Shown here piece after piece: positions 37,517 to 49,500 of a stretch of DNA of 64,000 bases. Below the pieces are notes generated by a model that made no database searches, had not been told where the DNA came from, and saw only the letters and a program-made list of their open reading frames with translations. This DNA comes from Antedon mediterranea (Eukaryota > Animalia > Echinodermata). The stretch is taken from the NCBI RefSeq assembly GCF_964355755.1, contig NC_092680.1, forward strand, positions 20,717,045-20,781,044. Direction: 5' to 3'. Each line of letters opens with the position of its first letter. Positions within the stretch are counted from its first letter, which is position 1. The position numbers were made by a program, and so were the translations under genes.

Positions 37517-39953
37517 GACATGTACATGACCTGTACTACTATTAGTAATATTCAATGTAAGACTTATTTATTACAGATACCTCATAAGTTGTTAGTATCA
37601 CATGACCTGTACATTACCTGTACTACTATTAGTAATATTCAATGTAAGACTTATTTATTACAGATACCTCATAAGTTGTTAGTATCACATGACATGTACA
37701 TGACCTGTACTACTATTAGTAATATTCAATGTAAGACTTATTCATTACAGATACCTCATAAGTTGTTACTATCACATGACCTGTACATTACCTGTACTAC
37801 TATTAGTAATATTCAATGTAAGACTTATTTATTACAGATACCTCATAAGTTGTTAGTATCACATGACATGTACATTACCTGTACTACTATTAGTAATATT
37901 CAATGTAAGACTTATTTATTACAGATACCTCATAAGTTGTTACTATCACATGACCTGTACATGACCTGTACTACTATTAGTAATATTCAATGTAAGACTT
38001 ATTTATTACAGATACCTCATAAGTTGTTACTATCACATGACATGTACATTACCTGTACTACTATTAGTAATATTCAATGTAAGACTTATTTATTACAGAT
38101 ACCTCATAAGTTGTTACTATCACATGACATGTACATGACCTGTACTACTATTAGTAATATTCAATGTAAGACTTATTTATTACAGGTACCTCATAAGTTG
38201 TTACTATCACATGACATGTACATTACCTGTACTACTATTAGTAATATTCAATGTAAGACTTATTTATTACAGATACCTCATAAGTTGTTACTATCACATG
38301 ACATGTACATTACCTGTACTACTATTAGTAATATTCAATGTAAGACTTATTTATTACAGATACCTCATAAGTTGTTACTATCACATGACATGTACATGAC
38401 CTGTACTACTATTAGTAATATTCAATGTAAGACTTATTTATTACAGATACCTCATAAGTTGTTACTATCACATGACCTGTACATGACCTGTACTACTATT
38501 AGTAATATTCAATGTAAGACTTATTTATTACAGGTACCTCATAAGTTGTTACTATCACATGACATGTACATTACCTGTACTACTATTAGTAATATTCAAT
38601 GTAAGACTTATTTATTACAGGTACCTCATAAGTTGTTACTATCACATGACATGTACATTACCTGTACTACTATTAGTAATATTCAATGTAAGACTTATTT
38701 ATTACAGATACCGCATAAGTTGTTACTATCACATGACCTGTACATTACCTGTACTACTATTAGTAATATTCAATGTAAGACTTATTTATTACAGATACCT
38801 CATAAGTTGTTACTATCACATGACATGTACATGACCTGTACTACTATTAGTAATATTCAATGTAAGACTTATTTATTACAGATACCGCATAAGTTGTTAC
38901 TATCACATGACATGTACATTACCTGTACTACTATTAGTAATATTCAATGTAAGACTTATTTATTACAGATACCTCATAAGTTGTTACTATCACATGACAT
39001 GTACATTACCTGTACTACTATTAGTAATATTCAATGTAAGACTTATTTATTACAGATACCTCATAAGTTGTTACTATCACATGACATGTACATGACCTGT
39101 ACTACTATTAGTAATATTCAATGTAAGACTTATTTATTACAGATACCTCATAAGTTGTTACTATCACATGACCTGTACATGACCTGTACTACTATTAGTA
39201 ATATTCAATGTAAGACTTATTTATTACAGATACCTCATAAGTTGTTACTATCACATGACATGTACATTACCTGTACTACTATTAGTAATATTCAATGTAA
39301 GACTTATTTATTACAGATACCTCATAAGTTGTTACTATCACATGACATGTACATGACCTGTACTACTATTAGTAATATTCAATATAAGACTTATTTATTA
39401 CAGATACCTCATAAGTTGTTACTATCACATGACATGTACATGACCTGTACTACTATTAGTAATATTCAATGTAAGACTTATTTATTACAGGTACCTCATA
39501 AGTTGTTACTATCACATGACCTGTACATGACCTGTACTACTATTAGTAATATTCAATGTAAGACTTATTTATTACAGATACCTCATAAGTTGTTACTATC
39601 ACATGACCTGTACATGACCTGTACTACTATTAGTAATATTCAATGTAAGACTTATTTATTACAGATACCTCATAAGTTGTTACTATCACATGACATGTAC
39701 ATGACCTGTACTACTATTAGTAATATTCAATGTAAGACTTATTTATTACAGATACCTCATAAGTTGTTACTATCACATGACCTGTACATTACCTGTACTA
39801 CTATTAGTAATATTCAATGTAAGACTTATTTATTACAGATACCTCCTAAGTTGTTACTATCACATGACATGTACATGACCTGTACTACTATTAGTAATAT
39901 TCAATGTAAGACTTATTTATTACAGATACCTCATAAGTTGTTAGTATCACATG
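37517..39953. repeat. 87-bp minisatellite, about 28 near-identical copies, starting inside a CHD1L exon
   Basis: Unit gacatgtacatgacctgtactactattagtaatattcaatgtaagacttatttattacagatacctcataagttgttactatcacat; source of the spurious 818-aa ORF. Confidence 0.95.
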
Positions 39954-42665
39954 ATATCCTTGTGATCCATTTTTAATTCTTGTTTGAATGTCAGCTCTTA
40001 TCTCCTTATCACCAATGTACCGAACAATCTTTAAGCAAGGGGAAAACCTGTAATAAAACCATATAAGTCATATTTCGTTATTAAGTTATCATAAATATAC
40101 ATTACGTTATACTTTTTACACAATAAATAAGTTATTTTAAAGGTATACTGTATAATACATTTTATTATTATTTTTATTGTGAAAATTTGGATCTATTGTC
40201 TTGTTTATATTTATTTTACTTATATATTTTGTATGTTATTGTAACTTGTTATGTGAGCGATTGTGCCTGTCATGAATTTCCGCAAGGACCAAATAAATCT
40301 GAAACTGGATCTATGGTCTAATGTCAAATCTAAAACCCATTTAAGCGAAGCACACAATAGCCTGCGTCATTATCTTACTTTTCAAATTCATTTTTCCAAT
40401 TATCCATGACCGATAGAGGGCATACCACAATTAAAAGCGTTCCTTTTTGTTAACCATTGCCAGAACTGCAATTGTCTGCAAAAAAGTAAAAAAATAGTTT
40501 TATGATCAAAATCTTATGTCACCAATGATAAAAAATGATTGATGATGATGTATAAAATGCAATGCAAAATTACTGACTGTAGGTTTTGAAACGATAAATA
40601 AATGAACGATAACAAATTGACGATGATATATCTAGTATAATTGTTATGATATGAATGGGAAAGAAGAAATGATGGTCACGTACTTCACAGGTCTTTCCCA
40701 GACCCATTTCATCTCCCAGGATACATCCGTGGTTTTTCAAGCAGCGTGCAACCATCCATTTTACTCCTTCCACCTGATAAGGTCTTAAGTGTTATCCCTA
40801 ATAAAGATAAAATGTCGAAATAATAACAATCAATTAATAAATACAAAGTGACAAACGTCTGTGATTTAAAGCCGATTAGTGTAACATCTTTGTCGATTAT
40901 TAAGATTGATATTGATATCAGCATAGTTTGACACCACAATCAATAGTTAATCTTGACCTGCCCTTCAAACCACAATGCAGCCTGTAGGCTAGGCTAGCCT
41001 AAAATAAAAAAAGGCCAGCTACTTAGAGGTCGAGTATAGGCCTAAAACTAGGCCACTTCATTTATTAATAAACCATCCATATAACTTATTATAACAATAA
41101 CATATAAACATAAGCGCCTACCTTTCAAGAATGGTTCAATCATTAACAATTGAAACAAATTATTTTGCTTTTGTTTACAGACATCTTCATTGTCAAGTTT
41201 ATAAAGGAGTTGACTTATTTTATTCGTTTAGGAATCATCGTTCTAGGCCTAGGCCTACTAGTGTACTGGCTTCAGTGGGGAATCACACACGTCCAAACTT
41301 GTATGTCCACCGCCAGCACAATTCATGGTATGGAAATAGAGGGAGACATCAAACGTAGGCTAGGCCTTTTATTATTAGATAGTCTGTTTCTTTACCTAAT
41401 TTATTAGGTGATCCATAACCATTTAAACGGTTTAGACTCTACTTCAGTAATGTGGAGTTTCTAAAATAATATTAACTTTTATAGAATTTTTAAGATCGAA
41501 TATTTTGTTCACAGATGTTTACAACTGAGCAGCATGCATTACGTAACTAGTTTATGACGTAATTAGGGAAAATCCCTCTGCTGTACTTTTTGAAAAACAA
41601 ACAAATATATAATAATAATAACAATTATCTCGCATCTTCCTCTTCTATTTTATTGAAATTCATCTCTAGACTGTAAAAGTATTTTATAAATCTATATTAT
41701 TAATGCCATTAAAAAACATCAATGTTCACTTTTTACATAAACTTATTCAATTACAATTATGCCTATCAATCTAATAATTCGTATAAATATCAGCATTGGT
41801 ACAACATTTAAAACAAATTGTACTGTACCTATTTAATTATAGTTTTTTTTCTAAATTAACATTTTAAATTAATAATGGGTTTTCATAATTGTTCTATTTT
41901 AAGTATGTACTTTAGGAAAGTTAAGTAAATAACTCTAATTGTAAGACCATGATGTCGATAGGTAATGTGACAGGAACTTATAAGATACAATCAGATACCA
42001 CTCGATCATGCTAAGGAAATTTTTTTTTTACTGTATGAAAAAAAACTATAAAATCAGTAAAGTCAGAATAGCATTATTTATTCATTTAAATATACTGAAT
42101 TTACAGGCAAACAAATTCTAAATAGCCTGCTGAAATACTAACAATTCATTTTTAAGTGGTAAAAGCAAGGAAATCTGTGAGATATAGGCCAACAAAAAGA
42201 AGCAAAATTGAACAAATATACATGCTTTACAAATTGAAATAAGACAATTTTAGTACAAATTTAAAACTCAAGAAAGACATCACTACAGTAGGAACAAACA
42301 AGAAGGAAAAAAAAAAGAAATTGATATTATTAGAAATTGATATTATTTGAATTTGATAAATACAGTTAATCTGAGCACTAAACAACAAGAATACTATCAC
42401 AATTTATAACAATATAATAAATCATGGATTATTCATTAATCCATCAATAAATCTTGTACATTTTTCAGTCAAAAAAATTACTAAGGAATATTAATTTACT
42501 CTTATAGGCCACTTACATTTTATCATGTGACCCACAATTGTACAATTAAATGATAGGAATCTAGGTGTCATATAAACATGTATTGATATTCAGTAGTCTG
42601 AAGCATCTTGCTTTAATGTAGGTACAAAATTAATTTAATGTTTTAATTTAGGTTCTGAATTAAAG

Positions 42666-44284
42666 CAGGGGTGGCGCCAGGATCTTCCCGACGCGGGGGC
42701 TACATTCCCCGACGAGGGGGCTATGCGAGCGAAGCGAGCATCACTAGGCTGGGGGCCAGGGGGCCGCCAAGGGGCCCGGTGGGGGTCCAGGGGGCGAAGC
42801 CCCCGGAAGCAACGCGTTCTAACGTCATTTGAGGTCATTTTAATCATATTTAGGGTAGCCATTTTTTCCATTTTTTATAATGCATAAATAAAATACTGCG
42901 TGCAAATAAACGATGCGCGATGACTGTTTAAATCCATATTTTTCAATTTAAAAAATAAAAGTTCAAAGAAAATTTAGAAAAATAGAGTTGGAGGTCCCGG
43001 AAATTGGACTTATTATACTTCAAAACATGAAACAAAATATATAAGTCCCTATCACGGTTGTGACTGAGCTAAGAAAAATAGAGATGTTAGGTCCCGGAAA
43101 ATGCACTTCTTGTACTTCGAAATATGACCAGCTTTATTGTTTGGGCTGAGCTAAGAAACTGTTTAAAACTAGAGCAGCAGGTCTTCAAAAAATTGCATTT
43201 TATACTTTGGAAACATCAGGCCTAGAGGCTTAAAAAACGCAAGCGTAGACCTTTTTCAGTCGGGGAAATAAGTTTATTCCTCCCAAGTGTATGCGTGCGT
43301 ACCATCTGGACTTCCGAGTGGTGAGAAATTCATGACATACAGGACATTGAAAATGTAATAACTTAGCTATAATAAGATGTTGGCTAAGCGAAAATGGCAT
43401 GTTTTTTTTGTTTAGTAATGGATGAAAAATTTATTTTAGGTGCCCCACGGTACAGAAGGTTACTTGTAAATTAAAAAATTGGTGAACATACGAACAATTA
43501 ACATAATTCGTTTTTGCTGTAGTGTGTAGCGTACGTCGACGCAGTACACGACGTAACCGTCAGTAAACTTCGCCTGGAAAATAACTACAGTACACATTTT
43601 GGTCCCTGGATGGAACATGATATCACCCGTTTCGACCCAACGTTGAACGATTCGTACAAAGGGATACCGCCAGACAAGTGCGAACCTAGCTATTGTTTAG
43701 TAGTAAGTTAGATCGCTGGCAATAATGGATGCATATAAAGTGCATAATATCACTCTGACGTACTCTCACAGTCAATGAAACGTCGTGGTTTCCTAGGCGC
43801 TGAAACTTGCTACGAAGTGAACGCGAACGCTTTTTACTGTATATTATATTCCCCAACAAAAGTACCCGTGTTCCCTTCGGTAACCGTCGGTAAACTTCGC
43901 CTGGAAAATAACTACATTACACATTTTGGTCCCTGGATGGAACTTGATATCACGCGTCTCGACCCAACGTTGAACGATTCGTACAAAGGGATACCGCCAG
44001 ACAAGTGCGAACCTAGCTATTGTTTAGTAGTAAGTTAGATCGCTGGCAATAATGAATGCATATAAAGTGCATAATATCACTCTGACGTACTCTCACGGTC
44101 AATGAAACGGGGTCGCAGTTTTCTAGGCTCTGAAGCTAGCTACGAAGTGAACGCGAACGCTTTTTACTGTATATTATATTCCCCGACAAAAAGTACCCGT
44201 GTTCCCCGACGGGGGGGCTAGGCTCCCCGACGAGGGGGCTAGAGCCCCCGTAGGCCCCCCCCCCCCCCGCTGGCGCCACCACTG
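42666..44284. mobile_element. Non-autonomous hAT element, 1619 bp
   Basis: TIR CAGGGGTGGCGCCAG / CTGGCGCCACCACTG; perfect 8-bp TSD AATTAAAG (42658-42665, 44285-44292); internal direct repeat of about 327 bp at 43553-44206. Confidence 0.92.
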
Positions 44285-45299
44285 AATTAAAGGCACACAT
44301 TCTGTTGCCTGAAAAGTCTTGCTAATTATGTCCAATGTTATTTTCTTATGTACTGCATTTGAGTATTCATGAATACTCTAGTGGGAACCAAGCTTTAGTC
44401 TAAAGTTTGATGCAACTTTAACATTAAGGAGTAAAAAATGATAGTGAACTTACATAGAGATCCAATGAGATAATCGTAAAAACAAAACTACTATGTACAA
44501 TGTTGTAATAAGGAAAAACATTGAATCAATTGTGGTCTAATAGTTTGGATTTCCAGTTCTATTTCTGTGTAGCATATTTATTTATATTACTCTATGGTTG
44601 GTCAAGTTATGATTGGGCCTGGGTGCTAAACTACACATGTCATCTCTTAATTTCAATGTGGTGACTTCTGGGTGATTTAAACAGAAAATAACCTATAGAT
44701 ACAATACCAACTGTCAATTACCAAGACAATTTGGTCTAAATCAAAAACCTCTACTTTCACCTATATACAACATTTATAACAACAAAATATCAATTATCAG
44801 GGTATAATGCCTCTACCTTTATATTACGTAGGCCTCTGTGTCCAAAACAATCTGCACAGAAGTATATAGAGTATTATGGAGTGGAGAAGATATCACAAAT
44901 CTTTAAACAGCGAATCTTCAAAAGGTTGTCTGAAAATTATTAAAATAAGAACCAAACACGTTAACCACTTGATACGTGGTTCCCTAAACTTATTTGGTAA
45001 TAGTTCAAATCGGATCTATTCTAACTTTCCTGCAGCAACTGTCATCTTGTTCAAATTCAAATATTCTTTATTCATCCTCAATCATGAAAATATACAACAA
45101 CAATATATGAGAACAAAAAAAGGTGAAAGGGAAACACATAAAAACTCAAAAGAGCTTGATTAGTTGTGTCCCCCTATGTCCCTAACTAACCTAAAAAACT
45201 AAAACATAAATAATAAAAAAGCTAAATCCTGCAACAAGTATTATTTTTAAAATTATTTGTAAAATGATAATAAATGTTCTTTAAACAATGATTTAAATA

Positions 45300-45809
45300 T
45301 ATATATTGATTTGGTACTTTGTAGTTCGTCTTCATCTTATTCTTTTTCAAAGTTTTAACAAATGATTGCAATTTATTCTTCCCTTAGAATGCCCCTTTCT
45401 TCAAGATCTAGTATCACAGTCCACTGGTTGTCACGTTGTTTCCTAGAAACATCATTTAGATGAATGAGCTTTGTTACATTGTCTTGGGAAAAGCATTTTG
45501 CCGAAATCTATCGGCTTCTGTCGATACGTAATTGTAACATTTGTTACATGATGGTCGTATTCATCAAACGCGTTCTTAAGATATTTGTTAGCCTCAAGAG
45601 CACCTTGGGTACCGGTGACATTGCTGATATCGATAAGAACTTTAAAGTTGGTAGTGGTAAGATAGCCAGCCTGTTTCAACAAATTACTCCATGGTGGTAT
45701 CAGCCTTCTGTAGAGCATTGTAAGGTGTTATCAGATCTTTTCACAACACCTTCATCATATCAAGTGAGTCATGCTCATCATACCAATTGTCTGAATTTAT
45801 GATGTGATT
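45300..45809 (-). pseudogene. Decayed second tandem-DED-like exon downstream of the gene B stop
   Basis: Acceptor at 45811-45810; remnants FRQL, LKQAGYLTTTNFKVLIDISNVTG, ITYRQK, QWTVILDLEERGIL resemble exon 47266-46712 but carry stops and frameshifts; 3' end approximate. Confidence 0.6.
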
Positions 45810-45917
45810 CTGTATAAAAACAATACTTAATATATTAACATGATATTGTAGACATTGGTACACGAACGAGTAAGTAACAATCTATGTAGTTATTTTACTT
45901 AATATAAATATCGTTAC

Positions 45918-46505
45918 CTCCAAAAATCCTCAATGACACTAACTCTGACTTCGACTCTGACTTTGGCACTTACTCATGCTTTGGCTTTAGCTTTGGCACT
46001 GGCACCGACGTCTTTAGTTCTGGCTTTGGCACTGACTCTGGCTTTGGCGCTGGCACTGGCTTTAGATCTGACTCTGGTTTTGGCACTGACTCTGGCCTTG
46101 GCGCTGGCACCGGCTTTAGCTCTGACTCTCGCTTGGGCACTGACTCTGGCTTTGGCGCTGGCACTGGCTTTAGCTCTGATTCTCGCTTTAGCACTGACTC
46201 TGGCCTTGGCGCTGGCACCAGCTTTAGCTCTGACTCTCGCTTTGGCACTGACTCTCGCCTTGGTTTTAGCATTGGCTTTGGCGCTGGCACTGGCTTTAGC
46301 TCTCGCTTTGGCACTGACTCTGGCCTTGGCTTTAGCCTTGGTTTTGGCGCTGGCACCGGCTTTAGATCTGACTCTGGCTTTGGCACTGACTCTGGCCTTG
46401 GCGCTGGCACCGGCTTTAGCTCTGACTCTGGCTTTGGCACCAACTCTGACTCTAGATCTGATGCTGGCAATGATCCTAGCTTTGGTACTGGTTCTTTAGT
46501 AGGGC
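45918..46505 (-). repeat. Coding low-complexity repeat exon (PKPES/PVPA)n with in-frame TAA at 45972-45970
   Basis: Expanded copy (588 nt) of the 99-nt linker exon 47967-47869; same ends PTKEPVPK...VSLR(V/I)FG. Confidence 0.85.
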
Positions 46506-49500
46506 CTATATAATGCAATAACACAATACTAGCATTAGTATAGTTTTATTTTGATTGATAATGATGAATAGTGATGACAATGATTGAGAAATAATTATGA
46601 TGAAGTAGTGACGAAGATAAAGCATAACAGCCTAACGATACCTAACTATCCATAGCTTTCTTTCTACATGGAACAGAAATAAAATATTATAATACAAAAT
46701 TAAATACTTACATAAAATATTTCTTGCTTTCTTTCCAATACGTGCTGCAAACGCACTTAATTTGGATGGTTCATCCTCAAGCTGTAATTCACTTTCCAAG
46801 TTAAAAACCACGTCCCACATGTTTTGAAAACCAAATCTTCGTAGTCCATAATAAGCAATGACATCTTGTAACTCCTTTTGTCCCACTTCGTTCAATGCCG
46901 TAAACAATCGCTTCCGGTAAGAGGATAACTTATCACCAGTACATTTGACGTTGTTATCTTTCATATACTGCTTTACCTGATCTACAGCAAGCTGCAAACC
47001 TGATAATTCGGCAACCTCAAACAGGATGGTGACGTCATTAGGTTTGATTTCACAGTGGTCATGGAGTATATTGAACAAATCAGTTGCTATGAAATCAGTA
47101 CCTGTGAGGTATGCTCTAGGAATAACATCAAACAAGCAACATTTTAGCCAAAGGTATCTTTCCCCATCATAGTGTTTGCCAAGATTATATTTGAGGTTGT
47201 TGAACTTGGTTTGTAAGTCTGACATTTCACTAGATGTTGGTTTGGTCTGAGATTCTTCAGACAACTCTGTACAAAGACAAAATATAAGAAAATTATTTTC
47301 AACAAATAGTATTATTATGACACTAACACTGGAAATAATACAATTACAACAATATCAGGTCAATTGTAGAATTGAATTATGAATACCAGGAACCACACAA
47401 GATGAGAAAATAGGTGAAGGCAATTACACAGGATTAAGATGTTGTGGTATGTCTGTATATGCATATATGCTGTAAAAACCAACATATAAATTCAATACAC
47501 ATTATTGGTACAACCATGGACCTATTATAGGTCAAAGGTACAACTATGATTATATAAAAAATAAACACTGTGCATAAATTGATGGTATAAGAGCAAAGAA
47601 CTGGTACAAGTTCTTATCTTGTCAAGTATCTTGTTCCTTAGTTAACGTTGGTGCAAATTAAAACAAAAGATTGTATATTTGTAAGATGAGGTTTCTTTCT
47701 TTAGAAAATAATTATAACAAAAATGTAATTATAACAAAGCTGGTTAAGACAACGATAAAGCAAAAACAACACTTAATATATTAACATGATATAGTTTAAA
47801 TTGGGAAATACAACGAACGAATAAGTAACAATCTATATATTTATTTTACTATATAAAAATATCGTTACCTCCAAATACCCTCAATGACACTGACTCTAGC
47901 TTTGACGCTGACTCCGACTCTAACGCTGGCAACGACTCTGGCTTTGGTACTGGTTCTTTAGTAGGACCTATATAATGTAATAACAAAATACTAGCATTAG
48001 TATAGTTTTTATTTTGATTGATAATGATGAATAGTGATGACAACGATTGAGATATAATTATGATGAAGTAATGATGATGATAAAGCATAAAAGTCCAACT
48101 TACCAGTTGAAAAAAAGTGTTTGATGTGAGCAGTATCCATAGCTTTCTTTCTTCCACATGGAACAGAATCATTTTGCAAACACTTATCAAGATCAATTAA
48201 GTGATGCTCATATGGTTCACAAGCAGTGCATAACACACGTAGATTGTAGCCAATGCCCTTGTAGATATTGCAAACAGTTTTCAGTTGCTCCTGCAGGTAG
48301 TTTAGAACCTAAAACATGGATTGACATTTAATTTTTGGTAAATTTATTTTTATTCATTTTGTGTTATTTAAAACATATTTTTACAGGATAAAAATAATTC
48401 AGAAATATGGTAGTTTTCAATATGGTCCTGTTTAAAGTCATAACTAAAACAAATGTACTATTTGTTTGTTATTTTGTTTAAATGTAATAATCTAATATTG
48501 ATTACCTCTATGCAGACACTAGGTTGTGGTTCAGATATCAACTTTCGTTGAATTTCATCAGCTTCTGTACCAACACGACGCTTGATTTTATTCCAGCGTG
48601 ATATTTCAAGCTATTAAGGAAGATATTTATTTAATAACAAACTCATCAGATTTAATTGCTAATAATACACGATTTAATTTATTTTGCACCGTTTGTACAT
48701 TATTATGACCATACTAAGAAAGTAAAAGTGTGCAAAATAGACAGAGAGCAAATTGCATACACTACATTTCAACAATTTTATAATATTGAAATACAAAATA
48801 CTAAATCTTGAACTATAATATAATCTTTTTTTGATCAGGCGTTGAATGCAAATTTTACAAGATTTTTCTAGTTGTCTTTTAATGATTTTTTCTAGTTGTT
48901 GTGTTTATTTAATATTTTATTACTATATAATTTACATTTAATTTTACATATATATATATATATACATTTAGTTTTTATATATGTAAAATTGCCTGTATTT
49001 CTTTTATTGAATAAAAATATACCTTAAATAATAATAATGAATGAAATCTGTAATTTATTTCATACCTTTAATGCGTATGGTTTTTCCTTTTCATGGTTAA
49101 TTTTGACAGAACCTAAACTGACAGTGTGATTACTAAATTTGAAATCACTACGATTCCGGAACACTTCTGATTCATCACTACCCTTTTCAGTCATCAATTC
49201 GAGGAATGCAACAACCAAAGTGTTGTACACAGCGTCAGGAAGAAAGTCTGTCGGAGTCAGATAAATTGATACCGTTTGTGCGTCATCTGCTGTGACTTTC
49301 AGAATGTCTTTTTTGTCAACTTTCATTCGGCAAGGAACCAGGAATACCCGATTACCTTCTTCAATTCCCTGTTAATATAAACATCACAATTACACATAAA
49401 TTGGTACAAGTGATTAGTAAGAGCTTGATCAAAGAAACCGTTAAAAGTTTATAGTATTTACCAACCTTTCTCCTCTCAAAGAGCAAACGAAAAACTTTCA

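Larger units (their letters stand above)
29360..40797 (-). pseudogene. CHD1L: CHD1L/ALC1-like chromatin remodeler (SNF2 ATPase, macro, C-terminal BRCT), apparently frame-disrupted
   Basis: About 20 exons with [92 protein letters not shown], macro motifs GDVTHP, WGSGGLF and [27 protein letters not shown] and W..KC; stop at 29362-29360. Frame breaks in exons 40797-40684, 40475-40379 and 30658-30557. First exon uncertain (possibly 41143-41122). Identity is well supported; pseudogene status less so. Confidence 0.8.

Noticed and set aside
37520-39976. 818-aa plus-strand ORF of 29-aa repeats
   Set aside because: By-product of an 87-bp (3n) minisatellite antisense within a CHD1L intron; no independent coding evidence
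41131-41407. Short plus-strand ORFs upstream of CHD1L
   Set aside because: No recognisable motif; contain TAGGCCTA footprints; probably non-coding 5' region
43775-44038. 87-aa ORF inside the hAT element (also 59743-60126 in the Sola2-like element)
   Set aside because: No transposase motifs; the first lies in an internal direct repeat; elements are non-autonomous
45933-46513. Plus-strand LALALA and GTDSG repeat ORFs
   Set aside because: Antisense frames of the PKPES exon, which has proper splice sites and a paralogous exon on minus
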